Below the pieces are notes generated by a model. The model was given only the letters and a program-made list of their open reading frames with translations, did no database searches and had not been told where the DNA came from. The position numbers and the translations under genes were made by a program. A stretch of DNA of 64,000 bases from an uncultured Verrucomicrobiae bacterium (GTDB taxonomy: Bacteria > Verrucomicrobiota > Verrucomicrobiia > Limisphaerales > Palsa-1400), in the NCBI GenBank assembly GCA_963764165.1, contig CAVXRD010000004.1, forward strand, positions 64,001-128,000. Reading direction: 5' to 3'. Positions 38,611-48,229 of the stretch are shown in pieces (position 1 is the stretch's first letter; each line of letters starts with the position of its first letter).

Positions 38611-41600
38611 TGTGTTAGATTTTTCTTAATGGCGGGCTCGAAAGCCCGCATGATTTCCTGAGTCAGGCGAATGCGCCCGGCGCGGTCGCCAATGTCTTTG
38701 CGGTTGTAGGGAATCTCCGGTGAAATCGCCGCCGAATAACCGTCCGGCCGGCGCACCATCACCACCGGCAATATGGCACAGCCCGAGGCGCGCGCCAGTT
38801 CCGCCGCCGCAATCGAGGCCAGAAAAGGCTTTCCGAAAAGTTCAACCGTGACGCCCGTGGGGCCGGGCGGACGATCCATTAGCAGCGCTACCGTGGCCCC
38901 AGCTTGCAAGCATTTCACCACTTCAATGCTGCCGAATGGATCATTGCCGATGACAAGCGTCTCGACGCCCCAACGGGCGCGGGATTCCTGGCGAATCTTC
39001 GTGAGCCGCTCATCCGGTTCGGCTTGCGTCAATACCAATAAACGGTAGCCTTTCTCGACCAGGAACGCGCCGCCAAATTCCCAGTTGCCCAGATGCGGCG
39101 TGACGAGCAAGACACCTTTTCCTCGCGCATGAGCTTCGGTGAAATGCTCCCAGCCCTGCCAGTTGGAAAACCACTTCTCTTGTTTGACGCCGCTCTCATA
39201 GCGCAGCAAGTCGGCCAGCTTCAGCATGAATTGGTTCACCAACTCGCGCGCCGCCAACACCGCCTCGGCATCACTGCCAACCACGGGCCGCAAGTTGGCC
39301 GCGAGAATCTTTCTGCGTTTGGGCGCGACTTGCCAGTAGATGGCGGCGCAGATTCCCGCCAGCGAAAGGGCGGTCCTGGGGTTAAGATGGCGGCCCAGCA
39401 TTAATCCGATTTTCCATAGCGACGCACTGTAGAGATGCGAAGGAGAGGCGGCGGCCGCGCGACGCCCGCAAAATGTCTTCCACCAAACCGGCAGCGCCAG
39501 CACCGAAAGCAAAACGTTGCCCGCGATTCCAATCGCGCACACCCGGCCCAGGCTCGACATTCCGGCGTTGCTTGACAGGCCGAGCGAACTGAATCCAGCC
39601 ACCGCCGTCCCGCCGCACAGCAGCAAAGCGCGTCCCACCGAGCGCCGAGCCTCGACGAGGCTCCCGTTGTGGCGGCGCAGGGCAAGCTGCATGAAAATGC
39701 TATAGTCGACGCCCGTTCCCAAAATGAGCGGCACTGCCATCAGATTCAAAACATTCCACGACCACCCCACAGTTTTCATCACGGCCAGCAACGCAATTCC
39801 ACTGAACGCGAGCACGGCGAGGCTCAACGCGATTTCGCGCCAGCCGCGAAACGCCAGCCATAGCGAAAGCAACACCAGCGACACCATCGGCACTACCAGT
39901 TTCCAAAGATTATTTTTGACAGTGGCGAGGACCGACTCGCCCAGCGTTTCCCAGCTCGAAAGCCAGACTCCGCCGTGCGGCAGTTTGGATTCGAGAGCGG
40001 ACACAGACGAAGCCGCGCCGGCTGGATAAAGAAATGCGGCGGCATAAACTTGGTTGGTGTCGCGCGCTGCCACTTTGGAAAAGATCCATTGCCCGAGATG
40101 CTGCTTTGGCCAGAATGTCCCCTTCTCCATTTCCGCCTGCTGCCAGACTTTGAGAATTTCGTCTGTCAAACCTAATGCGTCCTGGGAAAAACCGTTGGTC
40201 AAAATGGCACGATGCATGGCATCCCGTTCCCCAATGATTTTCGCCAGCACCGGTTTGTTTGCGATTTGATTTTCGGGACGCGGCCAGAGAATCGTCGGCG
40301 AGTTATAGCCGGTCAGCACATGGTTCGACACGGCGCTTTCCAGCACTGGTTCGATGAGGTCCAGCTTGTGTCCGACTTCGGTTTCATCTTTGCCCTCGGC
40401 CACAAGCCACAATGGTTCGTGTTCCTGATTCAAGTGCGTCTTGATGGATTCCAGGGCGCCGTAGGCCGGGCTGTCGCGAGGTTCGAGGGCATGTGTGCTC
40501 GCGTCCATCCCCGGGAATCCGTTGCGCAGCGCGATGACGCAGGCGACCGCGATCACCGCCGTTCCAATGAAAACGCGGCGGGCGAAGGCTGGATTAAATG
40601 GCTCAGGCGCGGATGGGCGATGCGAATTAGCGTTTCCGGAACTCGGCCGCATTCGCTCGGGAAACAACGGCGGAAGAAACGCAAAGATCATCACCAGCGC
40701 CGCCAGCGCAACGCCAATCGCCACAAGCGAACCGAGTTGCGCCAGTCCGGGCAAGCCGCCGAAATTCAAAACGAAAAACGCCGAGATGGTCGTCACCGCC
40801 GCCCAAAAAATGCTCGGCGCGATGGCGCGGCGAATTTCGGGGATAGTCAAGTCTGGTTGCGCCAGCGCCTCCTGGTAATGCACCACCGCGTAATCCACCG
40901 CCAGGCCCAGCAGGATCGCCGCGAAGCCCATGCTGATGACGCTGACCGTCCCAAAAATCAATCCGCCCAGCGCGAGTGTCGATCCCAGGATGACAGCGAG
41001 CAAGGTCAGCAGCCACAACATCGGTTTCACGCGCCGATGAGCGATCCAAAAAAGCGCCGCGATGATCACTGATGTTCCGACCACGGAAAGAATGATGTCA
41101 TGTTTCATGCTCGCGGAAATCTCGGCGACAAATGCGGGGCGCCCGGAAAAACTCACCGTGCAGCCGTCGGTGTGGACGAGGTTCTTGATTTCCGAAAGCC
41201 AATCGGTGCATTCGCGATATCCCGACAGATCGCCGCGGGGCTTGACGAACATGATTCGAAATTTTCCATCCGCCGAAGCGAACAGTTCGTTCCCCTTGGC
41301 AGGGTTCGGCACCGCGCCGGCCATCGGCAATTGCGTGAACCCAAGAGGGTCGTAACCGGATTGCGCCAAATCCTGCGGGGAAAGCGTCGTGGAAAGCCGC
41401 TCGCGTGTGGCGGTCAGCACATTCGCCAAATTCGTTTCCGCCAGCGAGTCGGCAAATTTTTGCAGGACGGCGGACGGCTGGTTCAGCCAAAGGAACGCGA
41501 TCAACTCGGGCAATTGGTCAGGGTGTTCGTCCCACGGAGGTTTCCAGTCCACTTCGGCGACCAGGTTGGAATGCGCTTGCAGCGCGGCAGCGGTTTCCCG

Positions 41601-41819
41601 GGCGGCGGCTTCGGTCTTGTCGGGATCGGGGCTGTCGAGCGTGATGATGAGTTCGCCAGCGGTGGAAAAATGCTGTTGATAGAGTTTGAGGCCGGTGACC
41701 TCGGGAATGTCCTGCGGCAGCAAGTCGAGAACGTCCACGTCGAAATGAAGCCGGGCCGCGCCAATGACGAGCGGGATTAAAAAGAGGAGCCACCACCAGC
41801 GAAACCACCGCGGCTTCAT
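38571..41819 (-). CDS. MMPL/RND transporter fused to a lipid A lauroyltransferase-family (LPLAT) acyltransferase
   Basis: GLAVDY and GTGVDY MMPL motifs; C-terminal domain with PHLGNWE and LLMDRP. Confidence 0.85.
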   Translation of the reverse strand: MKPRWFRWWWLLFLIPLVIGAARLHFDVDVLDLLPQDIPEVTGLKLYQQHFSTAGELIITLDSPDPDKTEAAARETAAALQAHSNLVAEVDWKPPWDEHPDQLPELIAFLWLNQPSAVLQKFADSLAETNLANVLTATRERLSTTLSPQDLAQSGYDPLGFTQLPMAGAVPNPAKGNELFASADGKFRIMFVKPRGDLSGYRECTDWLSEIKNLVHTDGCTVSFSGRPAFVAEISASMKHDIILSVVGTSVIIAALFWIAHRRVKPMLWLLTLLAVILGSTLALGGLIFGTVSVISMGFAAILLGLAVDYAVVHYQEALAQPDLTIPEIRRAIAPSIFWAAVTTISAFFVLNFGGLPGLAQLGSLVAIGVALAALVMIFAFLPPLFPERMRPSSGNANSHRPSAPEPFNPAFARRVFIGTAVIAVACVIALRNGFPGMDASTHALEPRDSPAYGALESIKTHLNQEHEPLWLVAEGKDETEVGHKLDLIEPVLESAVSNHVLTGYNSPTILWPRPENQIANKPVLAKIIGERDAMHRAILTNGFSQDALGLTDEILKVWQQAEMEKGTFWPKQHLGQWIFSKVAARDTNQVYAAAFLYPAGAASSVSALESKLPHGGVWLSSWETLGESVLATVKNNLWKLVVPMVSLVLLSLWLAFRGWREIALSLAVLAFSGIALLAVMKTVGWSWNVLNLMAVPLILGTGVDYSIFMQLALRRHNGSLVEARRSVGRALLLCGGTAVAGFSSLGLSSNAGMSSLGRVCAIGIAGNVLLSVLALPVWWKTFCGRRAAAASPSHLYSASLWKIGLMLGRHLNPRTALSLAGICAAIYWQVAPKRRKILAANLRPVVGSDAEAVLAARELVNQFMLKLADLLRYESGVKQEKWFSNWQGWEHFTEAHARGKGVLLVTPHLGNWEFGGAFLVEKGYRLLVLTQAEPDERLTKIRQESRARWGVETLVIGNDPFGSIEVVKCLQAGATVALLMDRPPGPTGVTVELFGKPFLASIAAAELARASGCAILPVVMVRRPDGYSAAISPEIPYNRKDIGDRAGRIRLTQEIMRAFEPAIKKNLTQWYHFVPIWPSAE

Positions 41820-42271
41820 GGAAAAAACCGGCCTTCCAGCGATTCACCCGAATGCGAATCCTCCAACCGCCAGTTGCCTTCGGGCTTTTGCGAGAACTTC
41901 CAACGCCTGCCAAGAGCTTCCCCGCTTAGGGCTTTCGGCAGCTCGAACCAAGAGAACCTTGCCGGCGGCGAGCCGTGCCCGCTCCAATGAAATTTGTCAG
42001 CGCCAAATTGAATCTGCCAAGAACCTTCGGTGAATTCCGCAGTGGCAACGGTAAATGGTGATTTGGAAAATTGGATGAAGAAATCGCCCGTTGCGTTGGT
42101 GGCGAGAATCAAGTCTCCGGCCATTTCGGGACGATGGCCAGGCGGCTGCCACAACGCCTGTCCCTGCTGCAAATGCCAGCCGGGCTTGCTAATATCGACG
42201 GGGGGCAAATGGCCGGTCGTCGCGCAGCCGGCGCAACAGGCCAAAGGCAAAATCAAGAACCGCGAGTTCAA
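41816..42271 (-). CDS. Lipoprotein of unknown function
   Basis: TTG start overlapping the upstream stop; lipobox-like CAGC; beta-rich mature region. Confidence 0.65.
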   Translation of the reverse strand: MNSRFLILPLACCAGCATTGHLPPVDISKPGWHLQQGQALWQPPGHRPEMAGDLILATNATGDFFIQFSKSPFTVATAEFTEGSWQIQFGADKFHWSGHGSPPARFSWFELPKALSGEALGRRWKFSQKPEGNWRLEDSHSGESLEGRFFP

Positions 42272-43572
42272 TGTTTTTCGGCGAGCCGGGCGCGGCGGCG
42301 GCGCTCCTCGGCGGCATCGGCGTCGAAGGAAATTTGCGGGACGATTGGACGCTTCGCCTGCAATTTCACCAGGAAAAAGAAATAGCGCAAACGCCAGCGC
42401 TGCGCCCAAGTGCCTTCCAGTTCCCCCGCCAGAACGGAATTGACCGCCTCCACCACCCCCAGATGTTTGCTTGGCTGCAGGAACAGCTCCATGAACGGCG
42501 TGGTGTAATAGTGCTCGACCATCTGCCAGTAAAAATGCATGCCGTGGCGGACGCGTTTTTCGTATTTCAGCATGTCGCGCCCGCCGCCGTCGCCGCGTTC
42601 CAGCGCCCGTTGCACCACGCCCGCCGCGGCCTTGCCCGACCACATGGCCAGATAAACGCCCGCCGAAAAAATCGGATCCATGAAGCCGGCCGCATCCCCC
42701 ACCCTCAACGTTCGCTGGCTGACGAGGCGCTGATTGTAGTAACTAAAATCCGTGGTCGTCTGGAACTGGCCCACAAGCTCGGCATTGGCCATCCTCTTCT
42801 TGACAATAGGCGTCGTGTTCAACCAGTGATGGAAGACATCCACCGGCCCGCCCGGGCCTTTCGTGAATTCATCCTTGTCAATCACAAGGCCGACGCTGGT
42901 TTTGTCCGGGGAAACGGGAATGATCCAGAACCATTTGTTGTGCAGGCGCGTGATGATGGTGTCGCCGTCGGCCTCACCCTTGCCGCGCAGCACGCCTTTG
43001 AAGTGGCCAAAGACCGCGAGTTTCCTCAAGCGCGGATGAATGACCTTCCCGCCCTCCTGGTTCCCCGTGAGATTTCCGCGGCCGCTTGCGTCAATAAGAA
43101 ATGTGGCGCGAAATTTGTAATTCTTCCCGTCCGGATCGGTGGCTTCGACATTGACGCCGCTCTCGTCGGAAGCCGTTTTCAAAACCGTCCATCCTTCGCG
43201 GGCGTCGACGCCACTCTTTCGCGCGTTCTTGAGCAGAATGTGGTCGAACACCGAGCGCTCGACGGAAAAGGCGGCGGATTCCTTATTGAACCGGCTGTCA
43301 CGGAACAGAAAGCGCGTGGAGCGGGAACCATTGCCGATAAAGAATTCCGCCGCGAGTTTTCGCGGAAAATTGGAAGCCTCCAATTCTCCCAGCACACCCA
43401 GCTCCCGGAAGATGGCGGTGTTGTAAGGCAGCAAGGATTCGCCGATATGGAAGCGGGGGAAAAATTCCTTCTCCAGAAGCAGCACACGTTTTCCCGCGCG
43501 CGACAGGTAGGTCGAGGCGCTGCTGCCGCCGGGGCCGCCGCCGATCACTATGGCATCGTATTGCGTTTCCAT
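42268..43572 (-). CDS. Flavin-dependent halogenase-like oxidoreductase
   Basis: GGGPGG, FPRFHIGESL, FPRK, WFWIIP (WxWxIP), GDAAGFMDPIFSAG. Confidence 0.8.
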   Translation of the reverse strand: METQYDAIVIGGGPGGSSASTYLSRAGKRVLLLEKEFFPRFHIGESLLPYNTAIFRELGVLGELEASNFPRKLAAEFFIGNGSRSTRFLFRDSRFNKESAAFSVERSVFDHILLKNARKSGVDAREGWTVLKTASDESGVNVEATDPDGKNYKFRATFLIDASGRGNLTGNQEGGKVIHPRLRKLAVFGHFKGVLRGKGEADGDTIITRLHNKWFWIIPVSPDKTSVGLVIDKDEFTKGPGGPVDVFHHWLNTTPIVKKRMANAELVGQFQTTTDFSYYNQRLVSQRTLRVGDAAGFMDPIFSAGVYLAMWSGKAAAGVVQRALERGDGGGRDMLKYEKRVRHGMHFYWQMVEHYYTTPFMELFLQPSKHLGVVEAVNSVLAGELEGTWAQRWRLRYFFFLVKLQAKRPIVPQISFDADAAEERRRRARLAEKH

Positions 43573-43573
43573 T

Positions 43574-44353
43574 TTACAGGTTGAATTCGGGTCCAAGATA
43601 AATGTCGCGAGCGCCGGGATCCTGCGTCATCGCCGGGCCAGATCCCTGATAGACCACCTTGCCGCGATGGATCAGATATGCTCGATCAACCAACTTCAAA
43701 GTTTCTCGCGCGTCGTGGTCGGTAATCAATATACCCAAGCCGCGATCTTTCAAACGGCGAATTATCTTTTGCACCTCGTATTTTGCTATGGGGTCAATCC
43801 CGCTGAAAGGCTCGTCCAGCAGGAGCAACTTCGGACTCGTCACCAGCGCACGCGTGATCTCCAAACGGCGCTTTTCGCCGCCGCTGAGCATGTAGGCCTT
43901 GCTTTTGGAAAGACGGCCCAAGTCGAGTTCGTCGAGAAGGGACTTCAGCCTCAATTCCCGCTCCCTGGCGCCCATGTCGCACGTTTCCAAAATGGCGAGA
44001 ATGTTATCTTCGACACTCAATTTCCTGAAGACCGATGGCTCCTGCGTCAAATATCCAATCCCAAGCCGGGCGCGTTTGTGCATCGGCAAGCCCGTGATCG
44101 ATTTCCCTTCGAACATGACCTCGCCCTCGTCCGGCTTAACCAGGCCGACCACGATGTTGAAGCTGGTCGTTTTGCCAGCCCCATTCGGCCCCAGCAGCCC
44201 GACGATTTCACCCGCGTTCACGAAAATGGAAACGCCATCCACCACCCGGCGGCCGCCATAGGCCTTGGCGATGCCAACGGTGGAAAGCAGCGCGTTCGCC
44301 GGCGAAGGCGAAGGCGGAGGCGCTGCGGCGGATGCTGTAACGGTCGCGCTCAT
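43574..44353 (-). CDS. lptB: LPS export ABC transporter ATP-binding protein
   Basis: GPNGAGKT, GIGYLTQEPSVFRKL, LSGGEKRR, DEPFSGIDP, TDH, YLG. Confidence 0.95.
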   Translation of the reverse strand: MSATVTASAAAPPPSPSPANALLSTVGIAKAYGGRRVVDGVSIFVNAGEIVGLLGPNGAGKTTSFNIVVGLVKPDEGEVMFEGKSITGLPMHKRARLGIGYLTQEPSVFRKLSVEDNILAILETCDMGARERELRLKSLLDELDLGRLSKSKAYMLSGGEKRRLEITRALVTSPKLLLLDEPFSGIDPIAKYEVQKIIRRLKDRGLGILITDHDARETLKLVDRAYLIHRGKVVYQGSGPAMTQDPGARDIYLGPEFNL

Positions 44354-46278
44354 TTATTGGCCGGATGAGAAACGATCTGATAAGTGCCAAAAGCGCGGAA
44401 TCGGCCGGCCTTCGGAAGCCACGTCAAATACAGGGCATCGGAAATAAAATGCTGTCCGTCATTGGCGAGCGGGTGGCCGGTCAGCTTGGCCTCCTCCAGG
44501 GGCACGGCGTAATCCGCCTTTTCGCCAGTCGCGTGAAGCGTTTGGTTGGTCCGGAATGAATCAATGACCACATGATGTTCGGCCACCGCGCGTTCGACTT
44601 GGTTCGTCATCACCTGTGAGAAATAGGCCGTCGCGAGGTCCGACGCAACTTGATTGGTGGGAACACCCGCGTTCGTGCCAAGCTGGCGGAGAATGACGTG
44701 ATCGTGAGCGACAATGTCCGTCAGCATTTTCGCCACGGTATCATTGTGCGCGATCAGCGTGTCGCAGGAAATGGTGTCGAACCGGCCCAGCTTGTCGGGC
44801 GCGGTTTCGCCCGTGACGTGGCCCCGGGCGGTGGCGGTCTTGATGGCATTGCTGATCAAATCCAAATCCAGTGTGTCAGAATAAAGTGTGTCCTTCAGAA
44901 CGCCGTCATCGAAGAGCCGCGTTACGACATGGCTTTTGAAATGGGTCGCGTTTGTTTCGGAATCGATGTCATCCGCCGCGATCTTCAGCCATTCATTCGT
45001 ATGCGATGCTCCGCCGACTTTCTGTTCCAGCAAGGCGTCACCATGGGCGTGGTAGGTTTTGTTCGTGGCATCGGCGGTCAGCACGCGGCCGTGAATCTTC
45101 ATTTCGTCCTTCCACCACATGGGATTTCCGTTCAATTGAAAAAGATTCCTGGCTCGGGAGTAATCCGCCGTGTCACCAGTGGCGCGGCTGTCATCATCCT
45201 GATTGGCAATGGCGACACTGCCGGTGGCGTGCATTGTCTCGATCGGTCCGTTGGTCAGCGGCCACTGGAGCGCCGCAAAATCGGCAAACAGCTTGCGGTA
45301 ACCGTGCTCGTCGACTTTTGGCGGCTCGTTCGCTTTTTGCGGCGCGTTGGGCCACCACACTTTGACGTTGCCAATGCCGGTCAGGAGATGATGAGTGCTG
45401 TCGTAAATAAATTCATCGGCCCACGCCTGCTCATCGCCGTTGTGCCAGACGGCGCCTCCGTTCAAATTCATCATTTCCACTCCGTTGGTCACGTAATAGT
45501 TCGCCTTCGGCCCCGCCGCCCAGCCCTTGTTGGTCGTTGTCAGGACGACTTCCTCCTCGGCCACCATCGATTGAACGGTGCTGTTGGTGCCCAGCTGGAT
45601 GAAAAGCTTCTTTGACACCACATCCAATTGAAAATCGATGACGTGAACATGGCCGAAATATTGGGCGGTATTGGATTCGGCGTTGAACACGGCCCAATCG
45701 GAAAAAATCTTCATGGGCTGGTTGGATGCGCCCGGCGCATTGGTTGGAGCGCTGCCGAGCATCGAACTCTTCAGCAGCGAGCGGACAATGCGCGTCTCAA
45801 CATTATTGGAAACGAAAAGCAATCGATTGGTTTCCAGGAACATGTAGCCGTCCCCTTGCACCCACACATTGGACGTTGGTGTAAACAACACAATGTGACT
45901 GGAGTCCCAGCCGCGATGCTGGACTTCGTTAATGTGGCACTCTGGAGCGCGCCCGATCAACTGCAGTTCGTTGCTGCCATGAAAGGACTTCATTTGGAAC
46001 GGCGTGATCACCCGTTCCGATTTCGAGTTGATAGATTGCGAGTTTCCGCTGAGCAGGAAGTTTACGGAACGCCCTTCCGCATTCGTGTGCCACAGATAAA
46101 TCATCGTTTTGTAGTCCGGGAAGTCGGACGATTTAGGAGCGGGCGGATTGGTGCGCGTTTGCGCGAGGGTTTCATCGGTTGCTCGGGGCGGAGGCACCTC
46201 GGGACGCGTCTGCGCGACGGTTCCGATTGCAACAAAAACCGCCAACGCCGCCAAAAGCGATAACGCAGCGCGTGACAT
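44350..46278 (-). CDS. Long LptA/OstA-like multi beta-jellyroll protein (possible LptC-LptA fusion)
   Basis: Signal peptide; repeated ATGxxAxY...L.G.P units; lies between kdsA and lptB. Confidence 0.7.
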   Translation of the reverse strand: MSRAALSLLAALAVFVAIGTVAQTRPEVPPPRATDETLAQTRTNPPAPKSSDFPDYKTMIYLWHTNAEGRSVNFLLSGNSQSINSKSERVITPFQMKSFHGSNELQLIGRAPECHINEVQHRGWDSSHIVLFTPTSNVWVQGDGYMFLETNRLLFVSNNVETRIVRSLLKSSMLGSAPTNAPGASNQPMKIFSDWAVFNAESNTAQYFGHVHVIDFQLDVVSKKLFIQLGTNSTVQSMVAEEEVVLTTTNKGWAAGPKANYYVTNGVEMMNLNGGAVWHNGDEQAWADEFIYDSTHHLLTGIGNVKVWWPNAPQKANEPPKVDEHGYRKLFADFAALQWPLTNGPIETMHATGSVAIANQDDDSRATGDTADYSRARNLFQLNGNPMWWKDEMKIHGRVLTADATNKTYHAHGDALLEQKVGGASHTNEWLKIAADDIDSETNATHFKSHVVTRLFDDGVLKDTLYSDTLDLDLISNAIKTATARGHVTGETAPDKLGRFDTISCDTLIAHNDTVAKMLTDIVAHDHVILRQLGTNAGVPTNQVASDLATAYFSQVMTNQVERAVAEHHVVIDSFRTNQTLHATGEKADYAVPLEEAKLTGHPLANDGQHFISDALYLTWLPKAGRFRAFGTYQIVSHPANK

Positions 46279-47105
46279 TACTTGACCCATGTGCGGACGA
46301 GCGCGTGCAATTTGACCAAGCCAGCCAGCAGCCGCGGCATCTCCGCCAGCGGAATCATGTTCGGCCCGTCGCTGAGCGCCTCGTCGGGTTTCGGGTGCGT
46401 CTCGATGAACAAGCCGTCCGCGCCGGCGGCAATTGCGCAGCGAGCCAGCACCGGGGCCATTTCGCGCTGGCCGCCCGAACGGTCGCCACCCGCGCCCGGC
46501 AATTGCACGGAGTGCGTCGCGTCAAAAATGACAGGATAACCGAATTGCCGCATGATCGGAATCGAGCGCATGTCGGCGACGAGATTGTTGTAGCCAAAGG
46601 TCGTGCCGCGTTCAGTGATCAACAATTTGCGGCTTCCCGCCTCGGCCGCCTTCATCGCGACCTGCCCCATTTCAAGCGGCGAAAGGAACTGGCCCTTTTT
46701 CAAATTCACGACCTTTCCCGTGCGGGCGGCGGCGTTGATCAAATCCGTCTGGCGGCACAAGAAGGCCGGAATCTGCAGGATGTCAACCGTAGCGGCGGCG
46801 AGATTCACCTGATCCTCTGTGTGAACATCGGTTAGAATAGGAACTTCAAGGTCGCACCTGATCCGCGCGAGAACTTGCAAGCCTTCGACAATGCCGGGCC
46901 CGCGGAAAGTGCGGGCGGAAGACCGGTTGGCCTTGTCGAAGCTGGCCTTGAAAATGTAATTGATGCCGAGGGTGGCGCATGTCTTGCGAAGCGACTTGGC
47001 GATTTGCAGGCAAAGCGCCTCGCTTTCAATGACACACGGCCCGGCGATCAAAGTCATCTGCTTTGAGTTTCGCAGCGAATTCCAAATGGCAGTATTGGTT
47101 AGCAC
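46278..47105 (-). CDS. kdsA: KDO 8-phosphate synthase
   Basis: IAGPCVIE, KASFDKANRS, QIPAFLCRQTDL, KKGQF, DATHSVQ; start uncertain (GTG 47105). Confidence 0.96.
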   Translation of the reverse strand: MLTNTAIWNSLRNSKQMTLIAGPCVIESEALCLQIAKSLRKTCATLGINYIFKASFDKANRSSARTFRGPGIVEGLQVLARIRCDLEVPILTDVHTEDQVNLAAATVDILQIPAFLCRQTDLINAAARTGKVVNLKKGQFLSPLEMGQVAMKAAEAGSRKLLITERGTTFGYNNLVADMRSIPIMRQFGYPVIFDATHSVQLPGAGGDRSGGQREMAPVLARCAIAAGADGLFIETHPKPDEALSDGPNMIPLAEMPRLLAGLVKLHALVRTWVK

Positions 47106-47232
47106 GTTTTTAATGGCGTTTGTTGTACGGCAACGCGGTGGATGCCGCAAGGAAACATCGGAACTTGCCATCCGCGCATCGAACCGGTCAATCGTCAGCC
47201 AGCGTGCTAATTCAATATGAGCTGGCTTGAAA

Positions 47233-47457
47233 TTACGCCTGCGGGGGCAATGTCGGGGGACGGGATTGGGCTTTGACGAAAGCGAGGGCGCGGCGGCGAA
47301 TGCCTTCCGTAAACACCTCACGCGAGACACCTGGGGCATTCTTCAAAGCGTCTTCCAACAGCGCCTCATATCGGTCCCTCAGCAAAGAGCGATGCCTCAG
47401 GTCGCATTCGTGCGCGGCAAGGAACGCCTTTATCAGCGCCTCCAACTCTGGATTCAT
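47233..47457 (-). CDS. Small hypothetical protein (74 aa)
   Basis: MNPELEALIKAF...; ATGA overlap with the upstream ORF. Confidence 0.6.
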   Translation of the reverse strand: MNPELEALIKAFLAAHECDLRHRSLLRDRYEALLEDALKNAPGVSREVFTEGIRRRALAFVKAQSRPPTLPPQA

Positions 47458-47852
47458 TCCGGAAACACTTTTTGCATCAGTTCCTCGGCCTGGGCATCGG
47501 TGAGTTTGTTGCCATGCCACATGGCGAGGTCATCTCTTAACATGCGCAGGGTGGCTGTCACGCCTCCTGCGATTTCCTTATCCGGAAAAACCGGGGAACT
47601 CATGGCGCTGTTGAGCAGCTCACCAAATGCAATCAGCCTTTCCAAGGTGGCTTTGTGTTTGCGCAGATCCTCCACCTTGGGATTTTCAACAAAATGGGTC
47701 CAAGGATAAAGGCCCACTTGACCGGCGATATTGGCCCAGTCCTCGGCATCGGCGATCAGTTCCTGGAAAATACGATTGGTGGCGCGTTCAATGAAGTTCG
47801 ACGGGACGATCAAGGAATCGCTCTCGACGCTGGGCATGGCGGTCACACTCAT
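47454..47852 (-). CDS. Hypothetical protein (132 aa)
   Basis: Helical-looking ORF coupled to the 74-aa ORF. Confidence 0.6.
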   Translation of the reverse strand: MSVTAMPSVESDSLIVPSNFIERATNRIFQELIADAEDWANIAGQVGLYPWTHFVENPKVEDLRKHKATLERLIAFGELLNSAMSSPVFPDKEIAGGVTATLRMLRDDLAMWHGNKLTDAQAEELMQKVFPE

Positions 47853-48146
47853 GGCCGCAACTTAACCGGTTCATGCTCACGAAGCAAGGGACGAAGAAAC
47901 GGGACGGACCGATCAAGGTCTTCTGCTTTGAATTCCGCAGCGACTTCCAAATGGCACTGTTGCTATCTTGGTTTTGAAGTGTTCCGGCGCGGCCTTCGGG
48001 TTCAGCGCCAAGTCCCGATTCAACAGCCTGCCGGAGGGAAAGGAACTTTCACGCAGAGAAAATGAGTGCGCAGAGGGCCACAAAGACCAACCCGCGCTCC
48101 ACTGGAAAACACATTGATTCATTCAATTGGATCCCTTCGCCCGGAA

Positions 48147-48229
48147 TGTAGCGGGTCTGTAGCGGCTTTGTAGCGCCCAATGTAGCGGTTTATCTGGTTG
48201 ATAATCAATGATGTAGCGGGTGTAGCGGG
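48147..48229. repeat. Phased TGTAGCG direct repeats around a TTGATAATCAA palindrome
   Basis: Copies at 48147, 48158, 48169, 48181, 48212 and 48221; palindrome 48198-48208. Confidence 0.75.

Noticed and set aside
48198..48208. TTGATAATCAA as an FNR or Fur box
   Set aside because: FNR needs TTGAT-N4-ATCAA (here N1) and the Fur match is partial; better treated as part of the repeat array
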